The translations under genes and the position numbers were made by a program. From Bacillales bacterium (lineage in GTDB: Bacteria; Bacillota_I; Bacilli_A; Izemoplasmatales; UBA1188), in NCBI GenBank assembly GCA_016287865.1, contig JAEEXP010000001.1:14503-78502 (forward strand): a stretch of DNA of 64,000 nucleotides, written 5' to 3'. Under the pieces are notes generated by a model. It was not told where the DNA came from. It saw nothing but the letters and a program-made list of their open reading frames with translations, and searched no databases. Below are positions 55,311 through 64,000 of this stretch, one piece after another. Every line of letters starts with the position of its first letter. Within the stretch, counting starts at the first letter, position 1.

Positions 55311-56939
55311 ATGATCTCAAATTTTATTAAAACAATCATGGAAGAAGATTTAAAGAGTGGTAAACACGATAAGATTATCACAAGATTTCCTCCAGAACCA
55401 AACGCATATCTTCATATAGGACACGCAAGAGCTATTATAACTAACTTTGAACTTGCGAAATGTTTCGATGGTGATACTATTTTAAGATTTGATGATACAA
55501 ATCCAGCTAAAGAAGAAAAGAGATTTATGGACGCTATCATCAATGATATTAAATGGCTTGGATATACTCCAAAGCGTATCACTTTCGGTAGTGATTATTT
55601 TGATGAAGACTATAATCTCGCAGTTAAACTCATTAAAGAAGGCAAAGCTTACGTTGATGATTTAACTAAAGATGAAATGAAAGAATATCGTGGTACTTTA
55701 ACTGAAGCTGGAAAACCATCACCATATAGAGATAGATCTGTAGAAGAAAACCTTAAACTCTTTGAAGAAATGAAAGAAGGTAAATATGCTCCAGGTGAAA
55801 AGACATTAAGACTTAAGATTGATATGTCTTCATCTAACCTCAATATGAGAGACCCAGCTATCTATAGAATTATTGATAAGGAGCACGCTCATACTGGAGA
55901 TAAGTGGAAAGTATATCCGCTCTATGACTACGCTCATCCACTCCAAGACGCTTTTGAAGGTATTACTCATTCTTTATGTTCACTTGAATATGTTGAACAT
56001 AGACCTCTATATGATTGGGTAATTGATAACACTAATCCTCCATCAATCCCAAGACAAATTGAGTTTGGAAGACTTAATATTGAAGGCACAATTCTATCTA
56101 AGAGATATTTAAAAGAACTCGTTGATAAAGGTTTAGTGACTGATTATGATGATCCAAGAATGCCGACACTCGTAGGTCTTAAGAGAAGAGGATTCACTCC
56201 TGAATCAATTAAGGAATTCGTTTTATCAACTGGACTATCTAGAATTAATTCAGAAATCCCATTCAATTCAATTGATCACTTCTTAATGGATGATTTAAAA
56301 CTTAAAGTAAATAGACGTATGGCAGTTTTAAATCCTATTAAAGTAGTTATCACTAATTATCCTGAAGAAAGAATCGAATATTTCGATTTCCCTAATAACC
56401 TTGAAAATGAAGAATTAGGTTCAAGAAAGATTTCATTCTCTAACACTTTATACATTGAAAGAGAAGACTTCGTTCCTGAAAAACCAAATAATAAATTTAA
56501 GAGATTATCTCTTGGCGCAGAAGTAAGACTTATGGGCGCATACTTCATTAAAGCTGAATCATGTGATTATGACGAAAACGGAAACGTTACTACAATCTAT
56601 GCAACATATGACCCTGAGACACTATCTGGTTCAGGATTCAACGCAAGAAAACCACAAGGCACAATTTCATACGTTGATGCGAAGACTTGTAAGAAAGCTA
56701 AATTTAATTTATTTGAGTCACTCTTAAAAGAAGATGACAACGCAGAATTACCACTTGAAGAAAGAATCAATCCTGAATCTTTAAAAGTAGTAGAAGGATT
56801 CGTTGAAGAAGCATTTGATGCAACTCCAGAAGTTAAATGCCAAATCATGAGAAATGGTTACTATTCTAATGACTATACATCAAAAGATGGTGATATAGTT
56901 GTGAATAGAACTGTATCTCTTAAACAATCATTTAAATAG
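55311..56939 (+). CDS. glnS: glutamine--tRNA ligase
   Basis: NFIKTIMEEDLKSGKHDKIITRFPPEPNAYLHIGHARAI parallels E. coli GlnRS (NFIRQIIDEDLASGKH..V.TRFPPEPNGYLHIGHAKSI). KMSKS-equivalent is ILSKR. C-terminal beta-barrel anticodon-binding domains. The ATG at 55311 was preferred over the TTG at 55302. Confidence 0.9.
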   Translation: MISNFIKTIMEEDLKSGKHDKIITRFPPEPNAYLHIGHARAIITNFELAKCFDGDTILRFDDTNPAKEEKRFMDAIINDIKWLGYTPKRITFGSDYFDEDYNLAVKLIKEGKAYVDDLTKDEMKEYRGTLTEAGKPSPYRDRSVEENLKLFEEMKEGKYAPGEKTLRLKIDMSSSNLNMRDPAIYRIIDKEHAHTGDKWKVYPLYDYAHPLQDAFEGITHSLCSLEYVEHRPLYDWVIDNTNPPSIPRQIEFGRLNIEGTILSKRYLKELVDKGLVTDYDDPRMPTLVGLKRRGFTPESIKEFVLSTGLSRINSEIPFNSIDHFLMDDLKLKVNRRMAVLNPIKVVITNYPEERIEYFDFPNNLENEELGSRKISFSNTLYIEREDFVPEKPNNKFKRLSLGAEVRLMGAYFIKAESCDYDENGNVTTIYATYDPETLSGSGFNARKPQGTISYVDAKTCKKAKFNLFESLLKEDDNAELPLEERINPESLKVVEGFVEEAFDATPEVKCQIMRNGYYSNDYTSKDGDIVVNRTVSLKQSFK

Positions 56940-56962
56940 GATGGCTTAACCATCCTTTTTAA
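56936..56962 (+). terminator. rho-independent terminator after glnS
   Basis: AGGATGG-CTTAAC-CATCCT hairpin followed by TTTTT. Confidence 0.8.
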
Positions 56963-56974
56963 TTAGGAGAATAT

Positions 56975-57895
56975 ATGAAAAAGATATTTGTAGTATCTAG
57001 TATAAATATGGATTTAACTATTAATTCACCTAGAATGCCTAAAGAAGGTGAAACTGTAGAAGGTGATTCGTTCTTTATCTCTCCAGGAGGTAAAGGAGGA
57101 AACCAAGCAGTTGCTGCATCTAAGGCAGGATGTGATACATATTTAATCACAGCTTTAGGTAATACATTTAAAGACGAACTCTTAAACAGCCTCAAAGATA
57201 ATAATGTACATACTGATTATATTGATACAGTAGATAACTTATCTAGCGGTATTGCGATTATAGTACTTAAAGATAAGAATAATAGAATTATTGTAGATAA
57301 AGGATCAAACAATTCTATTACAAAATCTCTAATAGATAAAGCGTTATCTATCGCTCAATCTGGCGATATGCTTATTTGTGGTTATGAGATAAATGTGGAT
57401 GCGACTGAATACGCATTAACTCTCGCTAAGAGTAAGAATATGATTACTATTTTAAATCCATCTCCAGTACTTGATAGATTAGATTTATTTGAAAAGACCG
57501 ACTATTTAATTCTCAATGAGGTTGAGACTGAATACTATACAGGAATCAACCCAACCAATAAAAAGAAAGAAATTAAAGCTTTAAATCTATTAAGCCAAAT
57601 ATGTAAAGGCAATATCATTATTACTCTTGGCGGAAATGGTTCTTCAACTATGATTAATAATGAATACATTCATATAGAGTCATATTCAAATAGACTTGAA
57701 GTGGTTGATACTATTGCCGCAGGTGATACATATCTTGGATACTTCGCAAGTAAGATTGTTGAAGGTGCATCTTTAGTTGATTCGCTTAAATATGCATCTT
57801 GTGCATCAGCCCTCGCAGTATCTAAAAGAGGCGCACAAAAATCTATTCCTACTAAAAAGGAAGTAGAAGAATTTATAAAAAAAGAAAATATATAA
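56975..57895 (+). CDS. rbsK: ribokinase
   Basis: Motifs GGKGGNQAVAASKAG, LNE.E and DTIAAGDTYLG (anion hole / catalytic Asp). Confidence 0.88.
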   Translation: MKKIFVVSSINMDLTINSPRMPKEGETVEGDSFFISPGGKGGNQAVAASKAGCDTYLITALGNTFKDELLNSLKDNNVHTDYIDTVDNLSSGIAIIVLKDKNNRIIVDKGSNNSITKSLIDKALSIAQSGDMLICGYEINVDATEYALTLAKSKNMITILNPSPVLDRLDLFEKTDYLILNEVETEYYTGINPTNKKKEIKALNLLSQICKGNIIITLGGNGSSTMINNEYIHIESYSNRLEVVDTIAAGDTYLGYFASKIVEGASLVDSLKYASCASALAVSKRGAQKSIPTKKEVEEFIKKENI

Positions 57896-57904
57896 TATCG
57901 TTAA

Positions 57905-57935
57905 ACAAAGGGCAGCTAGTCTGCCTTTTGTTTTG
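57905..57935 (+). terminator. rho-independent terminator after rbsK
   Basis: AAAGGGCAG-CTAGT-CTGCCTTT hairpin followed by TGTTTT. Confidence 0.8.
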
Positions 57936-58047
57936 CATAAAATTGATTATAATAATCATTTTTATAATGTTTATTTTAAATTGCATATGTTTTTGATATA
58001 TTAAAATTGTAGTAAAGCAGCACCAAAATCTTAATAATGGGGAAAAT

Positions 58048-58743
58048 ATGATGAAAAAGAGAATAATATCTATACTTTTGTTGTTGGTGCTAACCATTTC
58101 ACTAATAGGTTGTGCTAAAAATGATCCTGAAGTTGTTTCTATCAATAATCAAATAGAAGAACTTGAAAACAGTGAAAATAATCAAGAGTCAATATTAAAA
58201 GTAATTAGCTTAAGAGAAGAAATTAATAAGCTATCCAACCAACAAAAAAGATGGATTAATACTAAAAAATTGAATGAGTTATCTGATAAAACATCTAATG
58301 GGCTAAAAGATTCTGTGCCTTGGTCACAATATCTAAGTAAAGACGACGATTACCTTTTAATTGATTCTATAACTGATATATCTAAAATAATTTGTATCTG
58401 GATTTATCCAAGAATGGGAATGTTATCTTCGCAATTACCTCCACCACGTAAAGATAAGGAATATATTAATTTATTTGCAGAAATTATTAATATACCTTAT
58501 GTGGAAGTTACAAACTATTCATATTGCTTATCAATGATTAAAGATGCGTATTCTATTAAAGAGTTCAACAATGAAAGAAAAATCGGTTTATCTTTTAATG
58601 AAACCGAAAAGGAAAACAGAGTACTTGTTCAATTTTTAGAAGGATGGATCTATATTAGTTATAAAGAAGATGACACAACAAAAGCATTTGTTTCGCTAAT
58701 AAAAGTATCGTCTGAACAAGAGATTAGTTTATTTGGATATTAA
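58048..58743 (+). CDS. hypothetical lipoprotein
   Basis: Signal peptide plus lipobox LSLIGCAKN. 231 aa, no recognised domain. Has its own promoter region and terminator. Confidence 0.6.
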   Translation: MMKKRIISILLLLVLTISLIGCAKNDPEVVSINNQIEELENSENNQESILKVISLREEINKLSNQQKRWINTKKLNELSDKTSNGLKDSVPWSQYLSKDDDYLLIDSITDISKIICIWIYPRMGMLSSQLPPPRKDKEYINLFAEIINIPYVEVTNYSYCLSMIKDAYSIKEFNNERKIGLSFNETEKENRVLVQFLEGWIYISYKEDDTTKAFVSLIKVSSEQEISLFGY

Positions 58744-58771
58744 AAAGGTGAGCCAATTGGTTCACCTTTTA
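58742..58771. terminator. bidirectional rho-independent terminator
   Basis: AAAAGGTGAGCC-AATT-GGTTCACCTTTT hairpin between convergent genes. Confidence 0.85.
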
Positions 58772-60448
58772 TACTTCATTTATAATTGTATAAATCTTAG
58801 GTCTAAGTTTAGTTAATGAGAAGATTTGTTCTGAAAGTTCTTTCTCCATTTTTTCTTTAGCTTCTTTAACGCTTCCTTCAACTTTCTTACTGAAGAATTC
58901 AGTTACGAATTGTTCAATACCTTTAAAGATATTTTCATTATCTTTAGCGTATAAGAATCCTTTAGATATTACAGTAGGTTTAGTTTGAATTATCTTGTCA
59001 GGATTGAGTGTTACTACAATACTAATCATTCCTTTATTAGATAATTCTTTTCTTTCTTCTTTAACTTCAGTATTAATACCACCAATATCCATACCATCAA
59101 TTAGGATTTCTCCCGCAGGTACTTTGGCAGATAATACTTTAGCTCCATCTTGATTGAATGTAAGAACTCTACCATTATCAAGAATAAATACATTTTTTGG
59201 ATCTATTCCACAATCAATTGCGGTTTGAGCGTGAGTCTTAAGCATATAGTATTCGCCATGCATAGGCATAAAGTATCTAGGACGAAGAAGTTTAATTAAG
59301 AGTTTTTGTTCATTCTGTCCAGCGTGGCCTGATGCGTGTACGTCATTGAATGATGATCTAACTATTACATTAGCTCCGGCTTTAGTAAGTAAGTTAATTA
59401 CGTTATCAATTTCAGGTGAATTACCTGGGATGGCACTTGATGAGAAGATTACTGTATCATCATCTTCAATCTTAATTAATTTATGCATGCCATTCGCAAT
59501 TCTAGTTAAGGCAGCCATAGGCTCGCCTTGTGTACCTGTACAAATGATAGTAATTTTATCTTTATCATATCTATCAAGATCTTTTTCAGTAATAACGTCA
59601 TCCATTGAAACATTTATATATCCAAGGTTTTGACCTATTTCTAGAATGTGTTCCATAGAACGACCTACTACACAGATCTTTCTACCATTTTTAATAGATG
59701 CCTCAATAATAGAATTAATTCTCATTACGTTTGATGCGAATGTCGCAATGATAACTCTTCCTTTAACTTCTCTAAATAAGTCTTTAATTGATTCAGCTAC
59801 ATTTCTTTCAGATACAGAAAGTCCAGTAACTTTAGAGTTAGTTGAATCAGACATAAGAAGAAGGATTCCTCTTGTGCCTAGGGCACATAGTTTTCGATAG
59901 TCTGCATCTTTTCCTACAGGTGTAAAGTCAAACTTGAAGTCACCAGTAGATACGATTTCTCCATATGGTGTATCTATTACTATTCCGAATGAATCAGGAA
60001 TTGAGTGAGCCATTCTAAACATTGAAACTGATAAGTAATTAAACTTAATCTTTTCAAATTCATTCATCTCATAGATATTTGCGGTGAGTCCTGGATGATC
60101 ATCTATTTTCTTTTTGATTAATTCTATAGTTAAACCATAAGAGTATATTTTAGGTATTTTAACTTGTTTTAAAAGATATGGGATAGAACCGATATGGTCT
60201 TCATGGCCATGGGTAATAAATAATCCTTTAATCTTATCTTGGTTTTGAATTAAATACGAAAAATCAGGAATAATATAATCTATTCCGTAACTATCTTCTC
60301 CCGGGAATAATATGCCTGAATCGATAATGATGATTTCATTTCTATATTCGATGCAGTACATATTTTTACCAACTTCATATAATCCGCCCAAAGCGAAAAC
60401 TTTTAAATCTGAATTATTACTACTATTTACATTCTGCATGACTATCAC
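58769..60448 (-). CDS. rnj: ribonuclease J
   Basis: 559 aa. Metallo-beta-lactamase motif HGHEDHIG, beta-CASP domain and C-terminal domain, with overall RNase J1/J2 layout. Confidence 0.92.
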   Translation of the reverse strand: MIVMQNVNSSNNSDLKVFALGGLYEVGKNMYCIEYRNEIIIIDSGILFPGEDSYGIDYIIPDFSYLIQNQDKIKGLFITHGHEDHIGSIPYLLKQVKIPKIYSYGLTIELIKKKIDDHPGLTANIYEMNEFEKIKFNYLSVSMFRMAHSIPDSFGIVIDTPYGEIVSTGDFKFDFTPVGKDADYRKLCALGTRGILLLMSDSTNSKVTGLSVSERNVAESIKDLFREVKGRVIIATFASNVMRINSIIEASIKNGRKICVVGRSMEHILEIGQNLGYINVSMDDVITEKDLDRYDKDKITIICTGTQGEPMAALTRIANGMHKLIKIEDDDTVIFSSSAIPGNSPEIDNVINLLTKAGANVIVRSSFNDVHASGHAGQNEQKLLIKLLRPRYFMPMHGEYYMLKTHAQTAIDCGIDPKNVFILDNGRVLTFNQDGAKVLSAKVPAGEILIDGMDIGGINTEVKEERKELSNKGMISIVVTLNPDKIIQTKPTVISKGFLYAKDNENIFKGIEQFVTEFFSKKVEGSVKEAKEKMEKELSEQIFSLTKLRPKIYTIINEV

Positions 60449-60512
60449 CTACAAAGATTATACTATAAAATATCATATTATTATGATAAAATTATGTGAA
60501 AAAGGTTTAAGT

Positions 60513-60755
60513 ATGAAAAAAAGAGTATTAATTTACACAATTCTTTCACTAATGCTGGTGGGAGTCGTTGCAACAACCGTTTTATCTGTATATTTCTTTA
60601 AGAATTTTAAGAATGCTTCATCATTTGATACATACAATTTTATTATGATGATTACATTCATTTTATTAACTTTAGGTTTATTTATTGGAATGTTTATTAT
60701 GTTCGTTAAACTACTATCATTAAAAGGAGAAAAGAAAGATGAAAAGAATAGCTAA
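60513..60755 (+). CDS. small membrane protein (80 aa, 2 TM)
   Basis: Start trimmed to ATG 60513 (MKKRVLIYTILSLMLVGVVATT...). The upstream part of the ORF-track ORF is antisense to rnj. Overlaps the dut start. Confidence 0.5.
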   Translation: MKKRVLIYTILSLMLVGVVATTVLSVYFFKNFKNASSFDTYNFIMMITFILLTLGLFIGMFIMFVKLLSLKGEKKDEKNS

Positions 60756-61200
60756 GTTCTATAAGGTATCTTTATGTGATGAAATTAAAGATTACTATAA
60801 TGACATTATTCTTCCAAAAAGAGCGACTAAAGCTTCTGCGGGATATGATATCTATCTTCCTTATGATTTAGTGGTTAATCCTAATGAAACAGTAAAAATC
60901 TATACTGGAGTTAGATGTAAGATTCATGAAGATTATGTATTAATGATCTTCCCAAGAAGTAGTTTGGGTTTAAAATATAAATTCACTTTAGATAATACCG
61001 TAGGCATTATTGATAGTGATTACTATAACGCTGATAATGAAGGTCATATAATTCTTTCAATGACTAATCATTCAGATAAAGTATTATCTTTAAAGAAAGG
61101 AGACAGAATCGCTCAAGGCATATTCCTAGAATATGGCATTACTGAAGATGATGAAACAGTTACTGAAAGAAAAGGCGGAATAGGATCTACAGGAAAATAA
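60739..61200 (+). CDS. dut: dUTP diphosphatase (trimeric dUTPase)
   Basis: Motifs AGYDIY, PRSS, GIIDSDY, GDRIAQ and RKGGIGSTGK (motifs I-V). Confidence 0.88.
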   Translation: MKRIAKFYKVSLCDEIKDYYNDIILPKRATKASAGYDIYLPYDLVVNPNETVKIYTGVRCKIHEDYVLMIFPRSSLGLKYKFTLDNTVGIIDSDYYNADNEGHIILSMTNHSDKVLSLKKGDRIAQGIFLEYGITEDDETVTERKGGIGSTGK

Positions 61201-61260
61201 TAATAAGGTCACCGGATGACATGTGCTGTAGCACAATAATTAATTAGTAGAATAACACTG

Positions 61261-61295
61261 AAATAGGCGATAGACTCATTCTATCGCCTATTTAT
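61261..61295 (+). terminator. rho-independent terminator after dut
   Basis: AAATAGGCGATAG-ACTCATT-CTATCGCCTATTT perfect 13-bp hairpin. Confidence 0.8.
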
Positions 61296-61382
61296 AACTT
61301 ATTTTGAATACAAATTTATCACATAAAACACAAATAAATAAAGTATAATATATGTATAAACATATATCAAAAGGAGATTCTT

Positions 61383-62072
61383 ATGAAGACAGTAACAGTA
61401 CTTATTGCGGATGATGAAGCTAGAATAAGAGGCTTATTATCTCAATTTTTTCAAAAGAAACTAGGCTATAAAGTGGTTGAAGCTGAAGATGGTGAAGAAG
61501 CTCTTGAAATCTTCTTAAGTGGTAAACCTAAAATTAATCTTGTAATACTTGACGTTATGATGCCTAAACTATCAGGCTGGCAAGTACTTGAAAAGATTAA
61601 AGAATCATCTAATGTGCCGGTTGTGATGCTTACAGCTAAAGCTGAAGAAGAATCACAACTTAAAGGATTTAAGTTAGGCGCAGATGATTATGTAACTAAA
61701 CCATTTAGTCCAAATGTATTACTTGCTAGATGTGAAAAGTTAATTCAAAAAGAAAAAGAAGAAAAAGTATTAGAATTTGGAATTATTAAAATTGATACTT
61801 TAGCTCGTACAGTTTTAATTAATGGCGAAGAAGTACAATTAACTCCAAAAGAATATGAACTTCTTATTTATTTTATTGAAAACAAAGGTATCGCCCTTTC
61901 ACGTCAACAGATTCTAAATAGTGTATGGAACTATGACTATTATGGTGATTTAAGAACTGTTGATACACATGTTAAACAATTAAGAAATAAGATTAAAGAT
62001 GCATCAGTATACATTACTACAGTAAGAGGATTTGGTTATAAATTAGACCCAAGATTTGAAAATGCCAATTAG
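61383..62072 (+). CDS. OmpR-family response regulator
   Basis: Receiver (LIADDE, ILDVMMPKLSGW, LTAK, GADDYVTKPF) plus a winged-helix domain (TVDTHVKQLRNK, TVRGFGYKL). Confidence 0.9.
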   Translation: MKTVTVLIADDEARIRGLLSQFFQKKLGYKVVEAEDGEEALEIFLSGKPKINLVILDVMMPKLSGWQVLEKIKESSNVPVVMLTAKAEEESQLKGFKLGADDYVTKPFSPNVLLARCEKLIQKEKEEKVLEFGIIKIDTLARTVLINGEEVQLTPKEYELLIYFIENKGIALSRQQILNSVWNYDYYGDLRTVDTHVKQLRNKIKDASVYITTVRGFGYKLDPRFENAN

Positions 62073-63573
62073 TAAGAAACTTCAAATCACTTTTTCTCTC
62101 GTTATATTAACTTTTTCTTTAATGATGCTTTTATCTAATGGATTATTCTTAGGATTATTCTTTAGAGCTCAAAAAAGACAAAATATTACATCTATTTATG
62201 AAACCGTATATAACGAAGTAGAAGAAAGTGGTATTCAGGACGCAAGCTTAAATGATAATATTAACGATTTAGCTATTCATAATGGCGCAAAAATCGTATT
62301 TTTTGATGCGTCTGGGAAGGCTTTATACTCAGCTCGTGAGATTAAAGATTATAACTTCACAGTTGATTCAAATGAAATAGATACTAAAGAAGAATATGAA
62401 AAATATATAGTTGAAGATGGAACCATCTATAACTATAAAGAAAAAAGAGTAAGTGAAAATATCACTTCTCCAGGACTTAAGAGTGTCGCAATTATAGGTA
62501 AAGTTACCTCAGTTAATAATCCCAATAATATATTAGGATATATACTTATATATACTTCAATCGAAACTATTGATAATAATATAAAAGCTTATAATGTGTT
62601 TATTCTATATGAAACAGTAGTATTCTTCTTAATCGCATTCCTTGTAATCTATATTATTTCAAATAGGTTTGTGAAACCTATTAAGGACGTTGAAGAAACT
62701 ACTAAAGCTATTGCTAATCTTGATTTCACAAAGAAAATTGATATTTCAAGTCATGATGAAATAGGCTCACTTGCCTTATCTATTAATAAGATGAGTGAAG
62801 AACTGGAAAGAAATATTAAAGAATTAAAGGAAGCTAATATTAAACTTGAAAAAGATTTAGCTTTAGAATCTCAAATAAATGAAATGAGAAAAGATTTCAT
62901 TTCAAATATCTCTCACGAACTTAAGACACCTATATCTATTATTGGTGGATATAGTGAAGCTCTTAAACTAGAGGGATTATCTAAAGAAGATATAGAAGGA
63001 TACGCTGATATCATTATTGATGAAGCTAAAAAGATGAATAAACTAGTGCGTGATCTCTTAAAGTTCGCACAAATAGAATCAGGACTCTTAGAGTTTGAAT
63101 CAGATGATTTTTTATTAAAAGATATGGTTGAATCAATTGTAGCTCCACTTAACCTTGAAATAAAAGATAGAAAAATAGATTTCAAGGTTAACGTTGATAA
63201 TATCACAGTTAATGGAGACTATGATATGCTATCAAGTGTATTAAATAACTATGTATCTAATGCGATGCATTATGTAGATGAAAACAGAAAGATATCTATT
63301 ACATCAGAACTAGTTAATGAAAAGATTAGATTATATGTGAGAAACACAGGCTCTATAATTAAAGATGAAGATAAAGATAGAATCTGGGAATCATTCTATA
63401 AATCTGATAAAGCTAGAACTAGAAAATATGGTGGTTCAGGTCTTGGACTATCTATAGTAAAAACTATCATGAACGCATATAAGAATGAATTCGGATATAT
63501 TAATATGAATGATGGTGTAATATTTTATTTTGATATGAATATAGGAAAGAAGAGTGACTCAAATGAACAATAA
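62062..63573 (+). CDS. sensor histidine kinase (TM-sensor-TM-HAMP-HisKA-HATPase)
   Basis: H-box ISNISHELKTPIS, N-box NNYVSNAMHY and G-box GGSGLGLSIV. Extracytoplasmic domain of about 150 aa. The ATG at 62062 (or TTG at 62056) overlaps the RR 3' end. Confidence 0.88.
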   Translation: MPISKKLQITFSLVILTFSLMMLLSNGLFLGLFFRAQKRQNITSIYETVYNEVEESGIQDASLNDNINDLAIHNGAKIVFFDASGKALYSAREIKDYNFTVDSNEIDTKEEYEKYIVEDGTIYNYKEKRVSENITSPGLKSVAIIGKVTSVNNPNNILGYILIYTSIETIDNNIKAYNVFILYETVVFFLIAFLVIYIISNRFVKPIKDVEETTKAIANLDFTKKIDISSHDEIGSLALSINKMSEELERNIKELKEANIKLEKDLALESQINEMRKDFISNISHELKTPISIIGGYSEALKLEGLSKEDIEGYADIIIDEAKKMNKLVRDLLKFAQIESGLLEFESDDFLLKDMVESIVAPLNLEIKDRKIDFKVNVDNITVNGDYDMLSSVLNNYVSNAMHYVDENRKISITSELVNEKIRLYVRNTGSIIKDEDKDRIWESFYKSDKARTRKYGGSGLGLSIVKTIMNAYKNEFGYINMNDGVIFYFDMNIGKKSDSNEQ

Positions 63574-64000
63574 TTTATTAGTCGGACAAATTATAAAATT
63601 AGATATAAGATCAATGGGTATTAATGGTGAAGGTATAGGATACTATAATAAACTCGCTGTCTTTGTACCTGGAGCCATTGAAAAGGAAGAAGTATTCGTT
63701 AAGATTACTGAAGTAAGTGATAAATACGCTAAAGGTGAAATAGATTCATTTATTAGAGAATCAAAAAGAAGAGTAGAACCTATTTGTAAGTTCTTTAATG
63801 AATGTGGTGCATGTACTATGCAACATATCTCCTATAAGGAACAATTAAAAATTAAGAGAGAAATCTTAATTAATTCTTTAAAGAGATATACAAAACTTGA
63901 TGTTAATTCTATAGATATTAAATTAACTAAAGAAAGTGAAGAATTAAATTATAGAAATAAAAGCCAAATGCCTTTTAAAGATACAAACTTTGGTTTAGCT
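63563..64000 (+). CDS. rlmD: 23S rRNA (uracil-5-)-methyltransferase RlmD/RumA family, N-terminal fragment (3' end outside window)
   Basis: Open frame to the window edge. TRAM domain (GQIIKLDIRSMGINGEGIGYYNKLAVFVPGAIEKEEVFVKI), Fe-S Cys cluster CKFFNECGACTMQH and a YRNK motif. Confidence 0.75.
   Translation, partial: MNNNLLVGQIIKLDIRSMGINGEGIGYYNKLAVFVPGAIEKEEVFVKITEVSDKYAKGEIDSFIRESKRRVEPICKFFNECGACTMQHISYKEQLKIKREILINSLKRYTKLDVNSIDIKLTKESEELNYRNKSQMPFKDTNFGLA

Noticed and set aside
59346-59900. Two plus-strand ORFs (95 and 84 aa) inside rnj
   Set aside because: They are antisense to RNase J and have no independent support.
60312-60512. First 67 codons of the 147-aa ORF 60312-60755
   Set aside because: This part is antisense to the rnj 5' end and its promoter region. 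The plausible gene starts at ATG 60513 (MKKRV... followed by two TM helices).
61201-61260. Short hairpins (GGTCA..TGAC, GTGC-TGTA-GCAC) between dut and its terminator as a possible sRNA
   Set aside because: The stems are only 4 bp, there is no promoter, and the region is most simply the 3' UTR preceding the strong terminator at 61261-61295.
1-64000. Mollicutes genetic code 4 (TGA = Trp)
   Set aside because: TGA terminates conserved genes at their expected ends (tsaB, the GT8 fusion, the DUF3990 ORF). Trp is consistently TGG, and no conserved gene needs an in-frame TGA.
1-64000. CRISPR arrays, IS elements, rRNA operons
   Set aside because: No regularly spaced direct repeats, transposase-like ORFs or rRNA-like sequence were seen. 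All intergenic gaps are under 240 nt.

Overview
AT-rich (about 30% G+C by eye, not computed), very gene-dense chromosomal window with about 63 protein genes and 2 tRNAs. I saw no rRNA, CRISPR array, transposase or integrase. Gene content and order (rpoE delta subunit, tilS-hpt-ftsH-rqcP, rimP-nusA-ylxR-ylxQ-infB-rbfA, tsaE-tsaB-rimI-tsaD, RNase J, LtaS-like synthase, many lipoproteins, an [FeFe]-hydrogenase, GlnRS, MEP-pathway ispDF) point to an anaerobic low-GC Bacillota or Erysipelotrichia/Acholeplasma-Anaeroplasma-like organism. It uses the standard code: TGA terminates conserved genes and Trp is TGG. Most of the window is housekeeping. The less ordinary content is: (i) an insulated two-gene cassette at 19.2-20.4 kb, a DUF3990-like protein overlapping a DUF3791-like/HTH partner; this is my best candidate for an undescribed toxin-antitoxin or defence-like module, and the ADP-ribosyltransferase-like reading of its motifs is inference. 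(ii) The tldD-pmbA operon is extended by three tightly coupled small ORFs, and the last two have atypical codon usage. (iii) A divergent EF-G paralogue lacks the catalytic His of the DTPGH motif. (iv) A membrane-tethered XRE regulator sits behind a fourfold (C/T)GCAAC operator-like array. (v) An envelope/glycolipid block lies downstream of tRNA-His/tRNA-Leu: a GT28-like glycosyltransferase, an OmpR/HK pair with a beta-helix lipoprotein, a GT8-acyltransferase fusion with a CrtO-like membrane protein, GtrA and LtaS. (vi) An orphan monomeric [FeFe]-hydrogenase. (vii) A ZIP transporter with an HMA-domain protein. All functional calls come from motif and family recognition by eye on the supplied translations; no database search or computation was run.
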